DNA from: a virus
Reading direction: 5' to 3' (one strand)
IMG/VR virus record: IMGVR_UViG_3300025784_000008
Length of the DNA stretch: 64,000 nt
The position numbers and the translations under genes are program-made. Shown in pieces: positions 26,378 to 35,462 of the stretch (positions within the stretch are counted from its first letter, which is position 1; each line of letters starts with the position of its first letter). The notes beneath the pieces were generated by a model. It ran no database searches. It had not been told where the DNA came from and saw only the letters and a program-made list of their open reading frames with translations.

Positions 26378-26579
26378 TGATGACGGCGGGGACTTCAGCA
26401 GTGAGCGCAGTCCCCGGTTCTACCACCGCGCTGTCCCTGTACCGATCCACGCACCGCGGTTCCTTCAAGCCATGGAGCACAGCTTTTGGCCGTGCCCTGT
26501 AGTCCAAACGGCGTCAATGCCTCCTACGGCCTCGGTACACCGGCCTCACACTTACTCCCGCCCTATTGGGTCACCGCCA

Positions 26580-26852
26580 TCAATTCCTGAAGATCTGGGA
26601 GCGCCGGGGTATTTTGACTTTCCGCCGGCGGCCTTTCCACCACGGGCCTTTCCACTCCATCAGATCGTAGTAGTTGTAGCCCTCCATGTTGCGCTGGAAT
26701 TCGGCCGCATGCTCTGCGCTGTCGAAGACCATGGCCTTGGCTGGAAACGGCCAGGGCAAGATCTTGCTGAAGGGCATCGGATGTGGTTTGTCGGTAAACC
26801 CGCTGCAGAGGACGTAGTCACCAGCCACAAGTACAAACCGGGCTGTTTTCAT
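26580..26852 (-). CDS. hypothetical protein
   Basis: The GGCCTAAGGAG motif lies 8 nt upstream of the ATG. Confidence 0.45.
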   Translation of the reverse strand: MKTARFVLVAGDYVLCSGFTDKPHPMPFSKILPWPFPAKAMVFDSAEHAAEFQRNMEGYNYYDLMEWKGPWWKGRRRKVKIPRRSQIFRN

Positions 26853-26871
26853 ATCGTCTCCTTAGGCCGGA

Positions 26872-27381
26872 TTACTGTTTCTTCTGGTGGTACATGTTGA
26901 CCTTGCCGCCGCTCAGGTACGCGTTGTGCAGGCCCTCGATGTACTTGTCGTACTCGATGTTGACGCCGGCGATGGCATGAGACAGCACCAGGGCTTCTAG
27001 GGCTGAAACGAACTCGTTCCAGCGCCGAACCTCCTCGTGGGCGATCTCGTAGTCTTTGGCGGCGTTCAGGTAGACACAGCCGCCACATTTCGGGCACTCA
27101 CCTGCAGGTACTTCCCCACCTGGCTCCAGACGGTCCCAGAGGCGGCTCATTCGCATCAGGTCCTTGCCGACCGATGACTCTTTGCCGGTCCAGTTACAGT
27201 TATCACAGTAGACCAGGCGGGGACCGCTGTTGCGGTACAGGAAGTCTTCTTTCTTCGGGTACTCTTTGCGAAGGTTGCTGGAGACCGCTCCCTCGCCTTT
27301 ACCGTCGATGTAGACATCGAAGGCCATCTCATCCATCTGGATGTTGATGATCCTCGGTTTTGGCTCCCCTAGCTTGTGCAT
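26872..27381 (-). CDS. Cys-rich hypothetical protein
   Basis: CDNCNWTG and CPKCGGCVY motifs. The start is uncertain. Confidence 0.4.
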   Translation of the reverse strand: MHKLGEPKPRIINIQMDEMAFDVYIDGKGEGAVSSNLRKEYPKKEDFLYRNSGPRLVYCDNCNWTGKESSVGKDLMRMSRLWDRLEPGGEVPAGECPKCGGCVYLNAAKDYEIAHEEVRRWNEFVSALEALVLSHAIAGVNIEYDKYIEGLHNAYLSGGKVNMYHQKKQ

Positions 27382-27544
27382 CTTCTTCTCTGCTTTCTTG
27401 CGTCTTCTGCCTGATCTCGCGGAAGGTGATCGCACACTTGGCGTGATGAACGCGCCAGCCACCTTTATACCGCTGAAAGTGGCCGGCGCCAGCCTCCACC
27501 CACTGCCCACACTGGTAGCAGGTTCCTCCGAACTTATTTCTCAT
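27329..27544 (-). CDS. zinc-ribbon protein
   Basis: CYQCGQW...HHAKC motif. Confidence 0.4.
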   Translation of the reverse strand: MRNKFGGTCYQCGQWVEAGAGHFQRYKGGWRVHHAKCAITFREIRQKTQESREEDAQARGAKTEDHQHPDG

Positions 27545-28113
27545 AGCAATGTCCCGCAGTATTCGTCTTCGTACCCGTCGGTGTAGCGAACTGTCTTGCC
27601 CCAGATTTCCCCCACCCCCGATGCGAAGTCTTGGTCAGGCCCCTTTTTCTTAGGCGAAGGAAGCTTAGCTATCTCCAGCTCTTTGACCGTCTGATTCTTC
27701 CACCAGTGGGTCTCAGGGTTCTCGTACGGAACGCGCTTCTTGATCCGCCACTGCTCGTAATCCCATTCCTTACCCAGGAACTTGCGGGCCAGGATGGTCA
27801 CCTGTCCAGACTCTTGCCGTGGATCACCAGTGGCGATGACGTCGTAGTAGTTGACCGCGGTGATCTTGAGCCTTCGTCTACCACGAAGGACCACATCTCC
27901 AACTTCGGGGATGGTCCCTTCAGGTTCGAGCTTTCCAGTCAGCCGCAATGTCCAGCAAGCCAGGTTGAGCAGTTCCCAAAAAACATCCTTGAGCGCTCTG
28001 GGGACATTTTTGTAGGTGTGAACGTGGTAGGTATCAGTGAACCACGCAAGGAAAAATATCCCTCCGATGGTCATTGCCACCCCGGTGACACAGCCAACAA
28101 CAAATTGCCACAT
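27541..28113 (-). CDS. membrane protein
   Basis: N-terminal transmembrane helix. Confidence 0.5.
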   Translation of the reverse strand: MWQFVVGCVTGVAMTIGGIFFLAWFTDTYHVHTYKNVPRALKDVFWELLNLACWTLRLTGKLEPEGTIPEVGDVVLRGRRRLKITAVNYYDVIATGDPRQESGQVTILARKFLGKEWDYEQWRIKKRVPYENPETHWWKNQTVKELEIAKLPSPKKKGPDQDFASGVGEIWGKTVRYTDGYEDEYCGTLL

Positions 28114-28460
28114 CAGCCTCTCCTCCTTTCAAGATCTTTCGTGGGCGGAAGTGGAACCTGCTTGATGTCTTCAACCACTTCGGCTTCAAGCTTGGTGTCT
28201 TCAGGGAGCCTGGCCATTTTGGCTACCTTTCCTTCCTGATCAGTCGGGGCAACCTCGGCCTCTGGGTTCGACACGATGGCGTCAGGCACAATGAAATATC
28301 CGAGCTCGTAGTAAGCTCGGATGTTCGGGTTCTTGGCCTGTTCAGGTGTCAGCGGCGGCCTCATCGACATGACCAACTTCTGGACTTCATTCGGGTTAGT
28401 TGGCCATCCGTCAGGTCTTGTCATGTGCTCTCCTATCCGGGTCGGTCGTCCCGATCCCAA
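28113..28460 (-). CDS. hypothetical protein
   Basis: 115-aa ORF. Confidence 0.45.
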   Translation of the reverse strand: MGSGRPTRIGEHMTRPDGWPTNPNEVQKLVMSMRPPLTPEQAKNPNIRAYYELGYFIVPDAIVSNPEAEVAPTDQEGKVAKMARLPEDTKLEAEVVEDIKQVPLPPTKDLERRRG

Positions 28461-28690
28461 TCCTCTCCTCGTAAAATTTCCCTTACCTCGTCTTTGGCCG
28501 TATATCCGAGCTTGGCTGCGTAGTAATAAGCCTTGGCCAGCATGGCTTTACAGTCGGGCAAGTGAATCTCCGGCCCGGCCGTTTCGAACTCGTTCCAGCA
28601 GCAAGGACAGAAGCTGGTTCCGCTGCGGTTCATGGTTCCACCTCTCCGCGGTAATCCACCGCCTTGAAGATCTCGAAACAGTCCGTGCAC
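28433..28690 (-). CDS. Cys-containing hypothetical protein
   Basis: CPCCWNEF...C motif. Confidence 0.4.
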   Translation of the reverse strand: MHGLFRDLQGGGLPRRGGTMNRSGTSFCPCCWNEFETAGPEIHLPDCKAMLAKAYYYAAKLGYTAKDEVREILRGEDWDRDDRPG

Positions 28691-28887
28691 GTCACAGTGT
28701 CCGGGCTGGTCAGTAGCTCCCCGTCCATGCCGTTGATCTCGTCAGAGAGGTCGATGCCGAAGTGGGATAGTATCTCCCGCTTCTCCTCCTCACTTTCACA
28801 GACGAAAGGCACGCTCTCGTTGAAGTTGCGGTGTCCACAGTTGGGGCACTTCCAGGTATAGGCGGGGTGCAGGCTGACTACTTTCAC
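28630..28887 (-). CDS. zinc-ribbon protein
   Basis: CPNCGH...C...CTDC motif. Confidence 0.45.
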   Translation of the reverse strand: MKVVSLHPAYTWKCPNCGHRNFNESVPFVCESEEEKREILSHFGIDLSDEINGMDGELLTSPDTVTCTDCFEIFKAVDYRGEVEP

Positions 28888-28896
28888 AGATTACTC

Positions 28897-29112
28897 CTAC
28901 TTGTTGAACCACGCGACGTGAGTGGCGTCCTCAGGGATCTGGGACAGCGGGAAGACAGACTTGGTGCGGTCCATCTTGCCGTCCTTGGCTGGATAGCCGC
29001 TACCGTCCCATTCGGTGAAGAGTCCGTCATCGCGAACGAGGCAGATGAACTCGTCCTTGGTCATGACGTCCGCGTACCCAGGGATCGGAACGTTGTAGTT
29101 CGACTCGGTCAT
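28897..29112 (-). CDS. hypothetical protein
   Basis: ATG at 29112 after GGAGGG. Confidence 0.5.
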   Translation of the reverse strand: MTESNYNVPIPGYADVMTKDEFICLVRDDGLFTEWDGSGYPAKDGKMDRTKSVFPLSQIPEDATHVAWFNK

Positions 29113-29113
29113 G

Positions 29114-29515
29114 TTATACGCCCTCCAAAGCTTCGTTCCGGAGACTTTGAATTTCAAGCATCTTGGTGTACTGCTCTTCGGTGAGAGTCGGGGTGGCGGC
29201 AGAACCATCCTGCCCCCAGGAACCGTCGTTCATGATCAGTTCCGCTTCCCACTTCTCGTGGGCCCTGGCAAAGGCCACCAGCTTCTTGTACCGGCGGCAG
29301 ATCATCTGAATAACGGTCAGAGCTTCAGGTTGGAACATGGTCAAAGGCTGGCCGGCCAGGTTAGCGGCATTGGCGATACCGCGGAGAGCGTTGTCACGCT
29401 CGTTCTCCATCCTGTCAAGTTTTTCGCGGAGGCTTTTGTTCTCGTTCTGCAGGTACTCCATGATGTCAATCGGTCCGTTCGGGCTCATCTTTTTATTCTT
29501 AGCCTTCGCCATCAC
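29114..29515 (-). CDS. coiled-coil protein
   Basis: 133-aa ORF. Confidence 0.5.
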   Translation of the reverse strand: MMAKAKNKKMSPNGPIDIMEYLQNENKSLREKLDRMENERDNALRGIANAANLAGQPLTMFQPEALTVIQMICRRYKKLVAFARAHEKWEAELIMNDGSWGQDGSAATPTLTEEQYTKMLEIQSLRNEALEGV

Positions 29516-29647
29516 CTACTCCTTGATTATGGTGAACTTCTTGCGTTTCTTGATAAGGTGCCAGGCCGCCCGGCTGTTATCCACGACCCGCTTGCGTTCA
29601 GCTTCGAACTCATCGTGGTAGTTCCTGACCGCCTGCTTTACAGACAT
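29516..29647 (-). CDS. small basic protein
   Basis: ATG at 29647 after AAGGAGG. Confidence 0.4.
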   Translation of the reverse strand: MSVKQAVRNYHDEFEAERKRVVDNSRAAWHLIKKRKKFTIIKE

Positions 29648-29692
29648 GAACGTCCTCCTTGAACGATCCGATGAAGTACTTCTTCCGCCTAC

Positions 29693-29708
29693 TCTCTTAG
29701 GCCCTATA
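29693..29708 (-). promoter_or_regulatory. GGGCCTAAGAGAG motif upstream of gene 29516-29647
   Basis: Variant of the ACGGCCTAAG family. Confidence 0.35.
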
Positions 29709-29730
29709 TGGCCGCAGACTCTGCAGCCAC
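29709..29730. repeat. dyad element, copy 6: TGGCCGCAGACTCTGCAGCCAC, in a divergent intergenic region
   Basis: Lies between a minus-strand gene start (29647) and a plus-strand gene start (29754). Confidence 0.7.
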
Positions 29731-29753
29731 GGCTGGCTATACTGACTGATGTC

Positions 29754-31580
29754 ATGGCGATGCGGCTGCCAATGGATTCACCCCAGGAGAACCCGCTCTA
29801 CCTCCGGGACCTCCCTGAGGAAGAGCGGCGCCGGCTCGTTGGTGCATTGTTGCAGCGATTCCTGCTCGAACAAGAGGCACGTAAAGCGATGGCGGAGCAC
29901 GAGAAGAAGCTGATCCTGCAGAAGATGATGGCCAGCCGCGACGGTCAGAAGACGGCGGGAGACCTTCTGAAGAAAGCACTTATTGGTGTCAATTTTCCGT
30001 TGTGGAGCGGGGATCGGTGGTCCTTGAACTTCTCGATTCCCCAGCTTCTTTCGATAAGCCGTAGAATGGGCGGTCCGGATGTGATTACCACCCCGGAAGA
30101 AGATGCCGCCTGGAAAACCCACCTTGGCGTTGGCCTGGGTGGTCCCATGCTCGGTCTTGAGCCTCCCCTTACTCGCCGCAAGCAAATCATGGAAAGGCAA
30201 GCCAAAGAGAGAGGGGCTGCAGAAGGGGAGGTTCCCCGTGAAAAGACCGCGGGTCCTATCACCTCGCTGCTGAAGCACCCGTACACACCGTGGGTAGGCG
30301 GTGGAGCCGCTCTCGGCGCCCTTAGCGGTGCCGTTACCGACGAAGACAAAGTTATCCGTGAGAACCGGGCATCCAGGCTTGCCAGGATCCTTCAGGGAGC
30401 CGCCGGTGGAGCTGTCTCCGGTGCGTCTCTGAAGATGATGAAGGACATGTTCCTTCCCTCAACCGGTAACGTTTCGAATCTTCGCAGGATGCTTCAGGAA
30501 GGCGTGACCGGTGATGAGTGGAAGCACCAGGCTCAGAAGGCTGTGGACCTGGGGAAGGTTCAGTCTGAGAAGGCCAAAAAGATGGAGAACATAGGGCTCG
30601 CGGAGAAGCTCAAAGGGCTTATTTCCGGCGGACCCAAGGTTCCGACTCCTGATGAGCTGAGCCAGTGGTACAAGCAGTCGTCTGTGGCCAGGGTCCTGTT
30701 CAAGAACGCGGCTCTTCCTCCTGGGATGAAGCCCGAACACCTTAGCTCCCTGATCGGCGCCGGCATCGGCGGCCTCACCGGGCTCGTCGGAGCCAGGGCC
30801 ACTGAAGACAAGGACGAAGGCTACGGATCGAAGCTGCTCAAGCGCCTCGGCCTTGGTGCAGCAGGCCTGGCCGGCGGTGCTATGCTTGGTGGTGCTTTCC
30901 CGATGGCCAAGGCTTTCTACCAGCATGGCGGCGGCCTGAAAGGTCTCAAGAACCCTGTTGCTCGCGGAGCTATGTGGGAAGAGGCCAAGGCTGCTCCGAT
31001 CGCGGCTGCGAAGCAGCTCCCCGGTTGGCTGAAAGGCATGTTCATCAGTCACCCGAAGACCGCCCAGGACCAGTTCCCGCTCCGTGAGCGTGCGCTCCGG
31101 GAATGGAATCCCAAGACTATCCTGCAGGACGTCTCCGCTGGTGAGCCCAGGGATGTCTCCCCTGAAGAGTACACTCGTCTGAGGTCGGAAGGACTTCACC
31201 CGATTTCAACGATCCTCGGCGCCATTCTTGGCGGTTCCGGCGGAGCTGCTGTAGGCGGTAAACTTCTGCCGACCGGATCAAAGCTTCAGGCCCCGCTTGC
31301 TCTTGCCGGCATGGCCGGCGGTGGCATCCTTGGCCACATGCTGCAGAACATGCGTATGAAGAGCAAAGCCCGCGGCGAGATGGAAGAGTTTCAGATGAAG
31401 TTCCCGGAGTTCATGCGGAAAGAAATGGAGAGCATTCCGCCGGAACATCTGGAAGCCATTCTCGCCCAGAATCCTATGCAGAGGCTGACCGACGATGTTC
31501 CGTACCAGACCACGACCGAACATCTTCGTCGAGGCCTGCCGAAGGTTCCTGCCCGGCCGATGTTGAAGCACGAGTTCTAA
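29754..31580 (+). CDS. large Gly/Ala-rich protein with many GxxxG motifs (candidate virion internal or membrane-interacting protein)
   Basis: 609-aa ORF on the plus strand inside the minus-strand block. Repeated GGxxxGxxxG stretches. The start is uncertain. Confidence 0.5.
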   Translation: MAMRLPMDSPQENPLYLRDLPEEERRRLVGALLQRFLLEQEARKAMAEHEKKLILQKMMASRDGQKTAGDLLKKALIGVNFPLWSGDRWSLNFSIPQLLSISRRMGGPDVITTPEEDAAWKTHLGVGLGGPMLGLEPPLTRRKQIMERQAKERGAAEGEVPREKTAGPITSLLKHPYTPWVGGGAALGALSGAVTDEDKVIRENRASRLARILQGAAGGAVSGASLKMMKDMFLPSTGNVSNLRRMLQEGVTGDEWKHQAQKAVDLGKVQSEKAKKMENIGLAEKLKGLISGGPKVPTPDELSQWYKQSSVARVLFKNAALPPGMKPEHLSSLIGAGIGGLTGLVGARATEDKDEGYGSKLLKRLGLGAAGLAGGAMLGGAFPMAKAFYQHGGGLKGLKNPVARGAMWEEAKAAPIAAAKQLPGWLKGMFISHPKTAQDQFPLRERALREWNPKTILQDVSAGEPRDVSPEEYTRLRSEGLHPISTILGAILGGSGGAAVGGKLLPTGSKLQAPLALAGMAGGGILGHMLQNMRMKSKARGEMEEFQMKFPEFMRKEMESIPPEHLEAILAQNPMQRLTDDVPYQTTTEHLRRGLPKVPARPMLKHEF

Positions 31581-31589
31581 GGATCTGAA

Positions 31590-32381
31590 ATGCCCTTTCA
31601 GTCACAGGCTCAACGCAGGTTCATGTACGCCAGGCATCCTGAGATGGCCAAGGAGTGGGAAGCCCATACCCCGAAGGGTAAGAAGCTCCCTGAGCACAAG
31701 AAAAAGAAGAAAGAGGCTGAGATGAAAACAGCCAAGAAAGACATGCCCCACTTCACCGAACAGGATCGTCCTGAGAAGGTCAAGGACATCTACCGCGCTC
31801 TGAAGCGCGAGCACCCTGGGATGCCGGCGGAGATGAAGGCCCGTATCGCGGCCAGGCAGGGCAAGCCGGGCAAACAGAAGCAGGGGCCGCCGTACAAGGC
31901 TCCGATCAAGGAGCGGTACAAAGGAGCTAACTTAGGCTTAGCCCTGCCTATGTCGATGGGATTGTCCGGCGCCGCGCTGGGCCACTCCGCGGTGAGGCCT
32001 GGCGCCGAGAGTGAACATTCTGTGGCAGGCCCGGTAGCCAATCTTCTGTCGACGCTTAGCGGTCCCGCCGCAGGGCTCCTGGCCGGCGGTAGCATGCCGT
32101 CTTCTTATTGGAATTTGGTGAAAAGAGTGGCCGGTTCACCTGGTTCTGGTCTTCCAAGGGCGCTGGCAGCCGGGGGCATGACCCTGGCGCCATCTCTTCT
32201 TGGCGGGGCTGCCGCAGGCGGGCTGTCAGGCCTTCTGGCTCACCTCGGTAAAAAGAAACCGCCCGAGGAAGCAGACCTGTCTGATCAGCCTACAGAAGCC
32301 TCCACAGTGATGCCTGATCAGAAGATGGCAAGCCTTCGGGACATCGTGACCGCCGGTCTCACTATGGTCAAGGAACAGTAG
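31590..32381 (+). CDS. Gly-rich basic protein with GxxxG stretches
   Basis: Lys-rich N-terminus (KKKKKEAEMKTAKKD) followed by a GxxxG-rich segment. The ATG lies 10 nt after the upstream stop. Confidence 0.5.
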   Translation: MPFQSQAQRRFMYARHPEMAKEWEAHTPKGKKLPEHKKKKKEAEMKTAKKDMPHFTEQDRPEKVKDIYRALKREHPGMPAEMKARIAARQGKPGKQKQGPPYKAPIKERYKGANLGLALPMSMGLSGAALGHSAVRPGAESEHSVAGPVANLLSTLSGPAAGLLAGGSMPSSYWNLVKRVAGSPGSGLPRALAAGGMTLAPSLLGGAAAGGLSGLLAHLGKKKPPEEADLSDQPTEASTVMPDQKMASLRDIVTAGLTMVKEQ

Positions 32382-32384
32382 GTA

Positions 32385-32557
32385 TGCGTAAGCTTGGTAC
32401 AGACCGGCCTGACTTGATGCTCCGGTTCCTCGATGAGGACTTCCGGAAGCACTCGACCCATTTCTTCCGCCAGCTCGGAAGAGGTCGTTCTGTAGAAGAT
32501 GCCCCCGGCAAGCTCGCTAAAGAACGGCCCAAGGATCTAAAAAAGAAGGCCCTATGA
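32385..32557 (+). CDS. small hypothetical protein
   Basis: 57-aa ORF. Weak call. Confidence 0.25.
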
Positions 32558-32572
32558 GGGGCCTTCTTTTGC
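32538..32572. terminator. bidirectional rho-independent terminator
   Basis: GAAGGCCCC-TATGA-GGGGCCTTC stem with an A-run on one side and a T-run on the other. Confidence 0.6.
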
Positions 32573-32968
32573 CTGATAGGCGCCGCCTCCCAGTCGACGC
32601 TCTTTCAGATCCTCGTACTTGAGCTCGGCCAGCTCTCTTCGTCGATCGGCGTGATCGACTTCACTTGGACTCAGCAGTAATGCTCTGGCCAAGTTGAAGA
32701 AGATGAACCAGCCTCCCAGTCCGCTGATGATGCCCAAAAGGGCGTGGTTGAGCTCCAGAACGGGATAGACGGTCCCGACGCACCAAAGTCCGAACCCGAT
32801 GGCCGAGGACGTCAGGAGCCACCCCAGGAAGCCCAGGAGGAGCATTCCTGCGTAGGTCAGATCGCTCTCCGGCGTCTCTACCGCTTGCAGCTCTTCTTCA
32901 AGCTTCTGTATCCTCCGTTTGCGGAGGTCAGAGCCTGTGTACTGCAGGAGCTTCTTCAGGAAGCTCAT
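32552..32968 (-). CDS. membrane protein
   Basis: GGTTCTAAGAAAGGAGG sits directly upstream of the ATG. Two or three transmembrane helices. Confidence 0.5.
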   Translation of the reverse strand: MSFLKKLLQYTGSDLRKRRIQKLEEELQAVETPESDLTYAGMLLLGFLGWLLTSSAIGFGLWCVGTVYPVLELNHALLGIISGLGGWFIFFNLARALLLSPSEVDHADRRRELAELKYEDLKERRLGGGAYQAKEGPS

Positions 32969-32983
32969 GACTAACCTCCTTTC

Positions 32984-33427
32984 TTAGAACCGTAGCTCCG
33001 TCATGTGGGGGTACTTCCACCAGTCGCCTGTCCCCAAGCCCATGTCCTTGACCCAGAGAACCACAGGCGTTGCTAACATATGGTTCAACGATGGTTCAAG
33101 GTCTGGGTGAACACTTGTAATTTTCCCCCGAAGCTCATCATCGGGACAGGTTCGAATCCGGCGCAGAAGTTGTGCCGGCCATGTGTTCAGGAAGTACAGG
33201 CCGCCAGCGTAGTTGGTGGAAACAAGGTTGAATTCGGACCGGCTGCGTTTGAGGTCAGAGATGGTCTCTTCGATAAAGTTCTGGAGCTTCTGGGGAAGAC
33301 CAAAGTAGGGCTTGAACTGTATCGGGTGAGCACCAATTTCTCTCAGCCAGTCGGTGTTGATCAGGTAGTGGAATTTCTCGGGGATTTGCTTCATCGCTGC
33401 TGCAAATCCTGTGTCGTCCGAATCCAT
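32984..33427 (-). CDS. hypothetical protein
   Basis: 147-aa ORF. AAAGGAGGCAGTAATG start context. Confidence 0.5.
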   Translation of the reverse strand: MDSDDTGFAAAMKQIPEKFHYLINTDWLREIGAHPIQFKPYFGLPQKLQNFIEETISDLKRSRSEFNLVSTNYAGGLYFLNTWPAQLLRRIRTCPDDELRGKITSVHPDLEPSLNHMLATPVVLWVKDMGLGTGDWWKYPHMTELRF

Positions 33428-33446
33428 TACTGCCTCCTTTCTTCTC

Positions 33447-33464
33447 TACCTTCTTAGGCCGTAT
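33447..33464 (-). promoter_or_regulatory. ACGGCCTAAGAAGGTA motif upstream of gene 32984-33427
   Basis: Follows the tandem terminators. Confidence 0.4.
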
Positions 33465-33484
33465 TTCGAGCAAGAAGAAAGCCG

Positions 33485-33560
33485 AGCTCGGGGCTCGGCT
33501 TTTGGACCAGTAAAAAGAAAGTCCCCTGCTACAGGGGGTCTTTCTTTTTAGTACAGCTCG
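33485..33560 (-). terminator. two tandem rho-independent terminators
   Basis: GCCGAGC...GCTCGGC stem plus T-run, followed by GTCCCCTG...CAGGGGGTC stem plus T-run. Confidence 0.55.
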
Positions 33561-34006
33561 TCGAGATGGTCGCGGTGCTTGATGTAAGACTCGGTTCCAT
33601 TGAGCCGGCGCTCCAGTTCCAGGATGGCTTTCCAGACGTCGGGAGTGTACGGGGGCAGGCGCTTCCGGTGGGATTCCTGGTGAACACGGAGGGATTCAAG
33701 TTCGATTCGAAGCTTGTTGTTTTCGGTGAGAAGCTCGTTGTTCTCGTTGACGAGGTCCTGTAGACGTTGCTGCTGAATCACCGCACCGCAGTAAGCGCAG
33801 AGGCTGTAGACCAGGTAGGCGAGCCAGGTCAGAGGCCACAGGTTGCTCAAGATGAACAGCGTCACGTGGGTGATGGGCTGCTTCTTGGTCCACTCGGCCA
33901 GATCCTTGCGGAACCAGATGTTGGTGAAGGTGAAGATGATCAGGTGAGCGAACAACCCGACAAAGATCAGCGTACCGGTGTCGGTGTTCTGAAAGTAACG
34001 CTCCAT
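33548..34006 (-). CDS. membrane coiled-coil protein
   Basis: Three transmembrane helices followed by a coiled-coil region. Confidence 0.5.
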   Translation of the reverse strand: MERYFQNTDTGTLIFVGLFAHLIIFTFTNIWFRKDLAEWTKKQPITHVTLFILSNLWPLTWLAYLVYSLCAYCGAVIQQQRLQDLVNENNELLTENNKLRIELESLRVHQESHRKRLPPYTPDVWKAILELERRLNGTESYIKHRDHLDELY

Positions 34007-34028
34007 AGGTAGTCTCCTTGCCAGCAGT

Positions 34029-34427
34029 TTACGCCGTGGCCTGCGTCTCTTCCAGTCGCTTCACCCGATCAGCGTACTCGACCGGGAGTTCCATGCTGTA
34101 GTAGTCAGACTCCTCGTTGCTGAACCTGACGCCAAAGGATACATACAGCTCCGACGGGCAGTACTTCAGCAGGTAGGCATCCATCGGCCGGCCCTTGGCG
34201 TAGACCTTCCAGTTCATTTCCAGAACGTCGTAGTTGGTAAGCTTGCCGCCCTTGCCGTCACCCCAGCCTCCACGGCTTTCGATGTACTTGGTGTATTCGT
34301 CGGCAAGAGATCGAATGTCCACCGGGATGGCAACGTCTTTCCATGGGTTATTCCAGTGAGGCATTAGATCGACTCCTTCACGAAGGCTTTCATCTGGCCC
34401 AGGATCTCGATTGCCTTGTCCAGGCAA
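34029..34427 (-). CDS. hypothetical protein
   Basis: 132-aa ORF. Confidence 0.5.
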   Translation of the reverse strand: MPGQGNRDPGPDESLREGVDLMPHWNNPWKDVAIPVDIRSLADEYTKYIESRGGWGDGKGGKLTNYDVLEMNWKVYAKGRPMDAYLLKYCPSELYVSFGVRFSNEESDYYSMELPVEYADRVKRLEETQATA

Positions 34428-34600
34428 GCGGGGCAGGGTAGCAGTCGTCCCTCGTTATCAGCGTTCTGGATTGCGTGGGCCAGGCTCTCGAAACACCATC
34501 CAGCTACCAGCTTCGGGCGCCCACAAAAAGTAAGAGGCCGCGCATCAACCTTGTGCGGCCTGACAATGCAACGAATGTGGTCCGCGCTCATGCAAACCAC
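34364..34600 (-). CDS. Cys-containing small protein
   Basis: 78-aa ORF that overlaps both neighbours. Confidence 0.35.
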   Translation of the reverse strand: MVCMSADHIRCIVRPHKVDARPLTFCGRPKLVAGWCFESLAHAIQNADNEGRLLPCPACLDKAIEILGQMKAFVKESI

Positions 34601-34989
34601 CCATCCTTTTCAAGCTGAGCTTCCACCCAGGACCAGTCCACACATCCGAACTTCTTCGGAATTCCGATGTTGCGGTCGTCGATGTAACAGTCGGCAAGAA
34701 CCTTGCGACGGAGACCCTGCGGGTTCCGGAAGTCGTCAGATTCCCTGGTGTCGTTTACGTTGTGGAGCTTGAGCCCAGACTCGTACATCCATTCTACTGC
34801 GGCTCTCAGGTAGTCGGTTTTAGCTTCGGGATCGGTTTCCCTGCAGGTCCAGAGGACGATCTTGTGGCCAGCTTCCTGGACCCGCTTCAGTACACGGACA
34901 CAGTCATCGGCCTCCTTGCCAATCTGCGGATACATGTGGGTCACCACGGTGCCGTCGAAATCGACAGCCAGGATCTTCGGTCTACGCAT
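34588..34989 (-). CDS. HAD-superfamily phosphatase (5'-deoxynucleotidase-like)
   Basis: ATG at 34989 after GGAGAAA. ILAVDFDGTVV is HAD motif I (DxDGT) near the N-terminus. The small size fits the 5'(3')-deoxyribonucleotidase subfamily. Confidence 0.55.
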   Translation of the reverse strand: MRRPKILAVDFDGTVVTHMYPQIGKEADDCVRVLKRVQEAGHKIVLWTCRETDPEAKTDYLRAAVEWMYESGLKLHNVNDTRESDDFRNPQGLRRKVLADCYIDDRNIGIPKKFGCVDWSWVEAQLEKDGWFA

Positions 34990-35060
34990 AGGGTATTTCT
35001 CCGGGTGCTCGATGAAGTTTGTTACAGGGTCGTGTTCCCACTGATCCAGCGAATCGTGGC

Positions 35061-35255
35061 TCATATCGAGAACTCCTTTCCACACCGCGAGCATCGGTAG
35101 GTGTAGAAGTGAGAAGGGACGCCATCTCCTCCCTTGCTTTCAGGGTAATCGTGGACGTCCCAACGTATTGAATTGCTGATTTTACAGGTGAGTCCGTTGT
35201 GGATGCTATGCGTTCCAAGAACCGCCCAGATCCACATAAGGAATCGTTCGGTCAT
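35061..35255 (-). CDS. zinc-ribbon protein
   Basis: C...C...CSRCGKEF motif. Confidence 0.4.
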   Translation of the reverse strand: MTERFLMWIWAVLGTHSIHNGLTCKISNSIRWDVHDYPESKGGDGVPSHFYTYRCSRCGKEFSI

Positions 35256-35270
35256 ACGGAGAGTCCATTT

Positions 35271-35462
35271 TTAGGGTTTCTCCATCAGGGAGACGACGGT
35301 CAATCCCCGACCCTCAAGGACGGTTCTGGCATCATCCACGTCAGCCACGGCGATGTCTTCCTCGACTACGGTGGCTTCCTGATAGGTGATACGATCGTTA
35401 TCGTCTCGTGTTTCGACAAGTTTGGTGTACAAGAAAATCATGATCAGGCCTCCAACAGACAT
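35271..35462 (-). CDS. hypothetical protein
   Basis: 63-aa ORF. Confidence 0.35.
   Translation of the reverse strand: MSVGGLIMIFLYTKLVETRDDNDRITYQEATVVEEDIAVADVDDARTVLEGRGLTVVSLMEKP

Noticed and set aside
26385-26480. Possible tRNA (…CCCCGGTTCTACCACCGC…)
   Set aside because: A cloverleaf cannot be drawn. It is only a simple hairpin.
29754-32381. Collagen-like or tape-measure assignment for the Gly-rich proteins
   Set aside because: There is no G-X-Y triplet periodicity. The length is too short for a tape measure, and the genes are not in the structural block.
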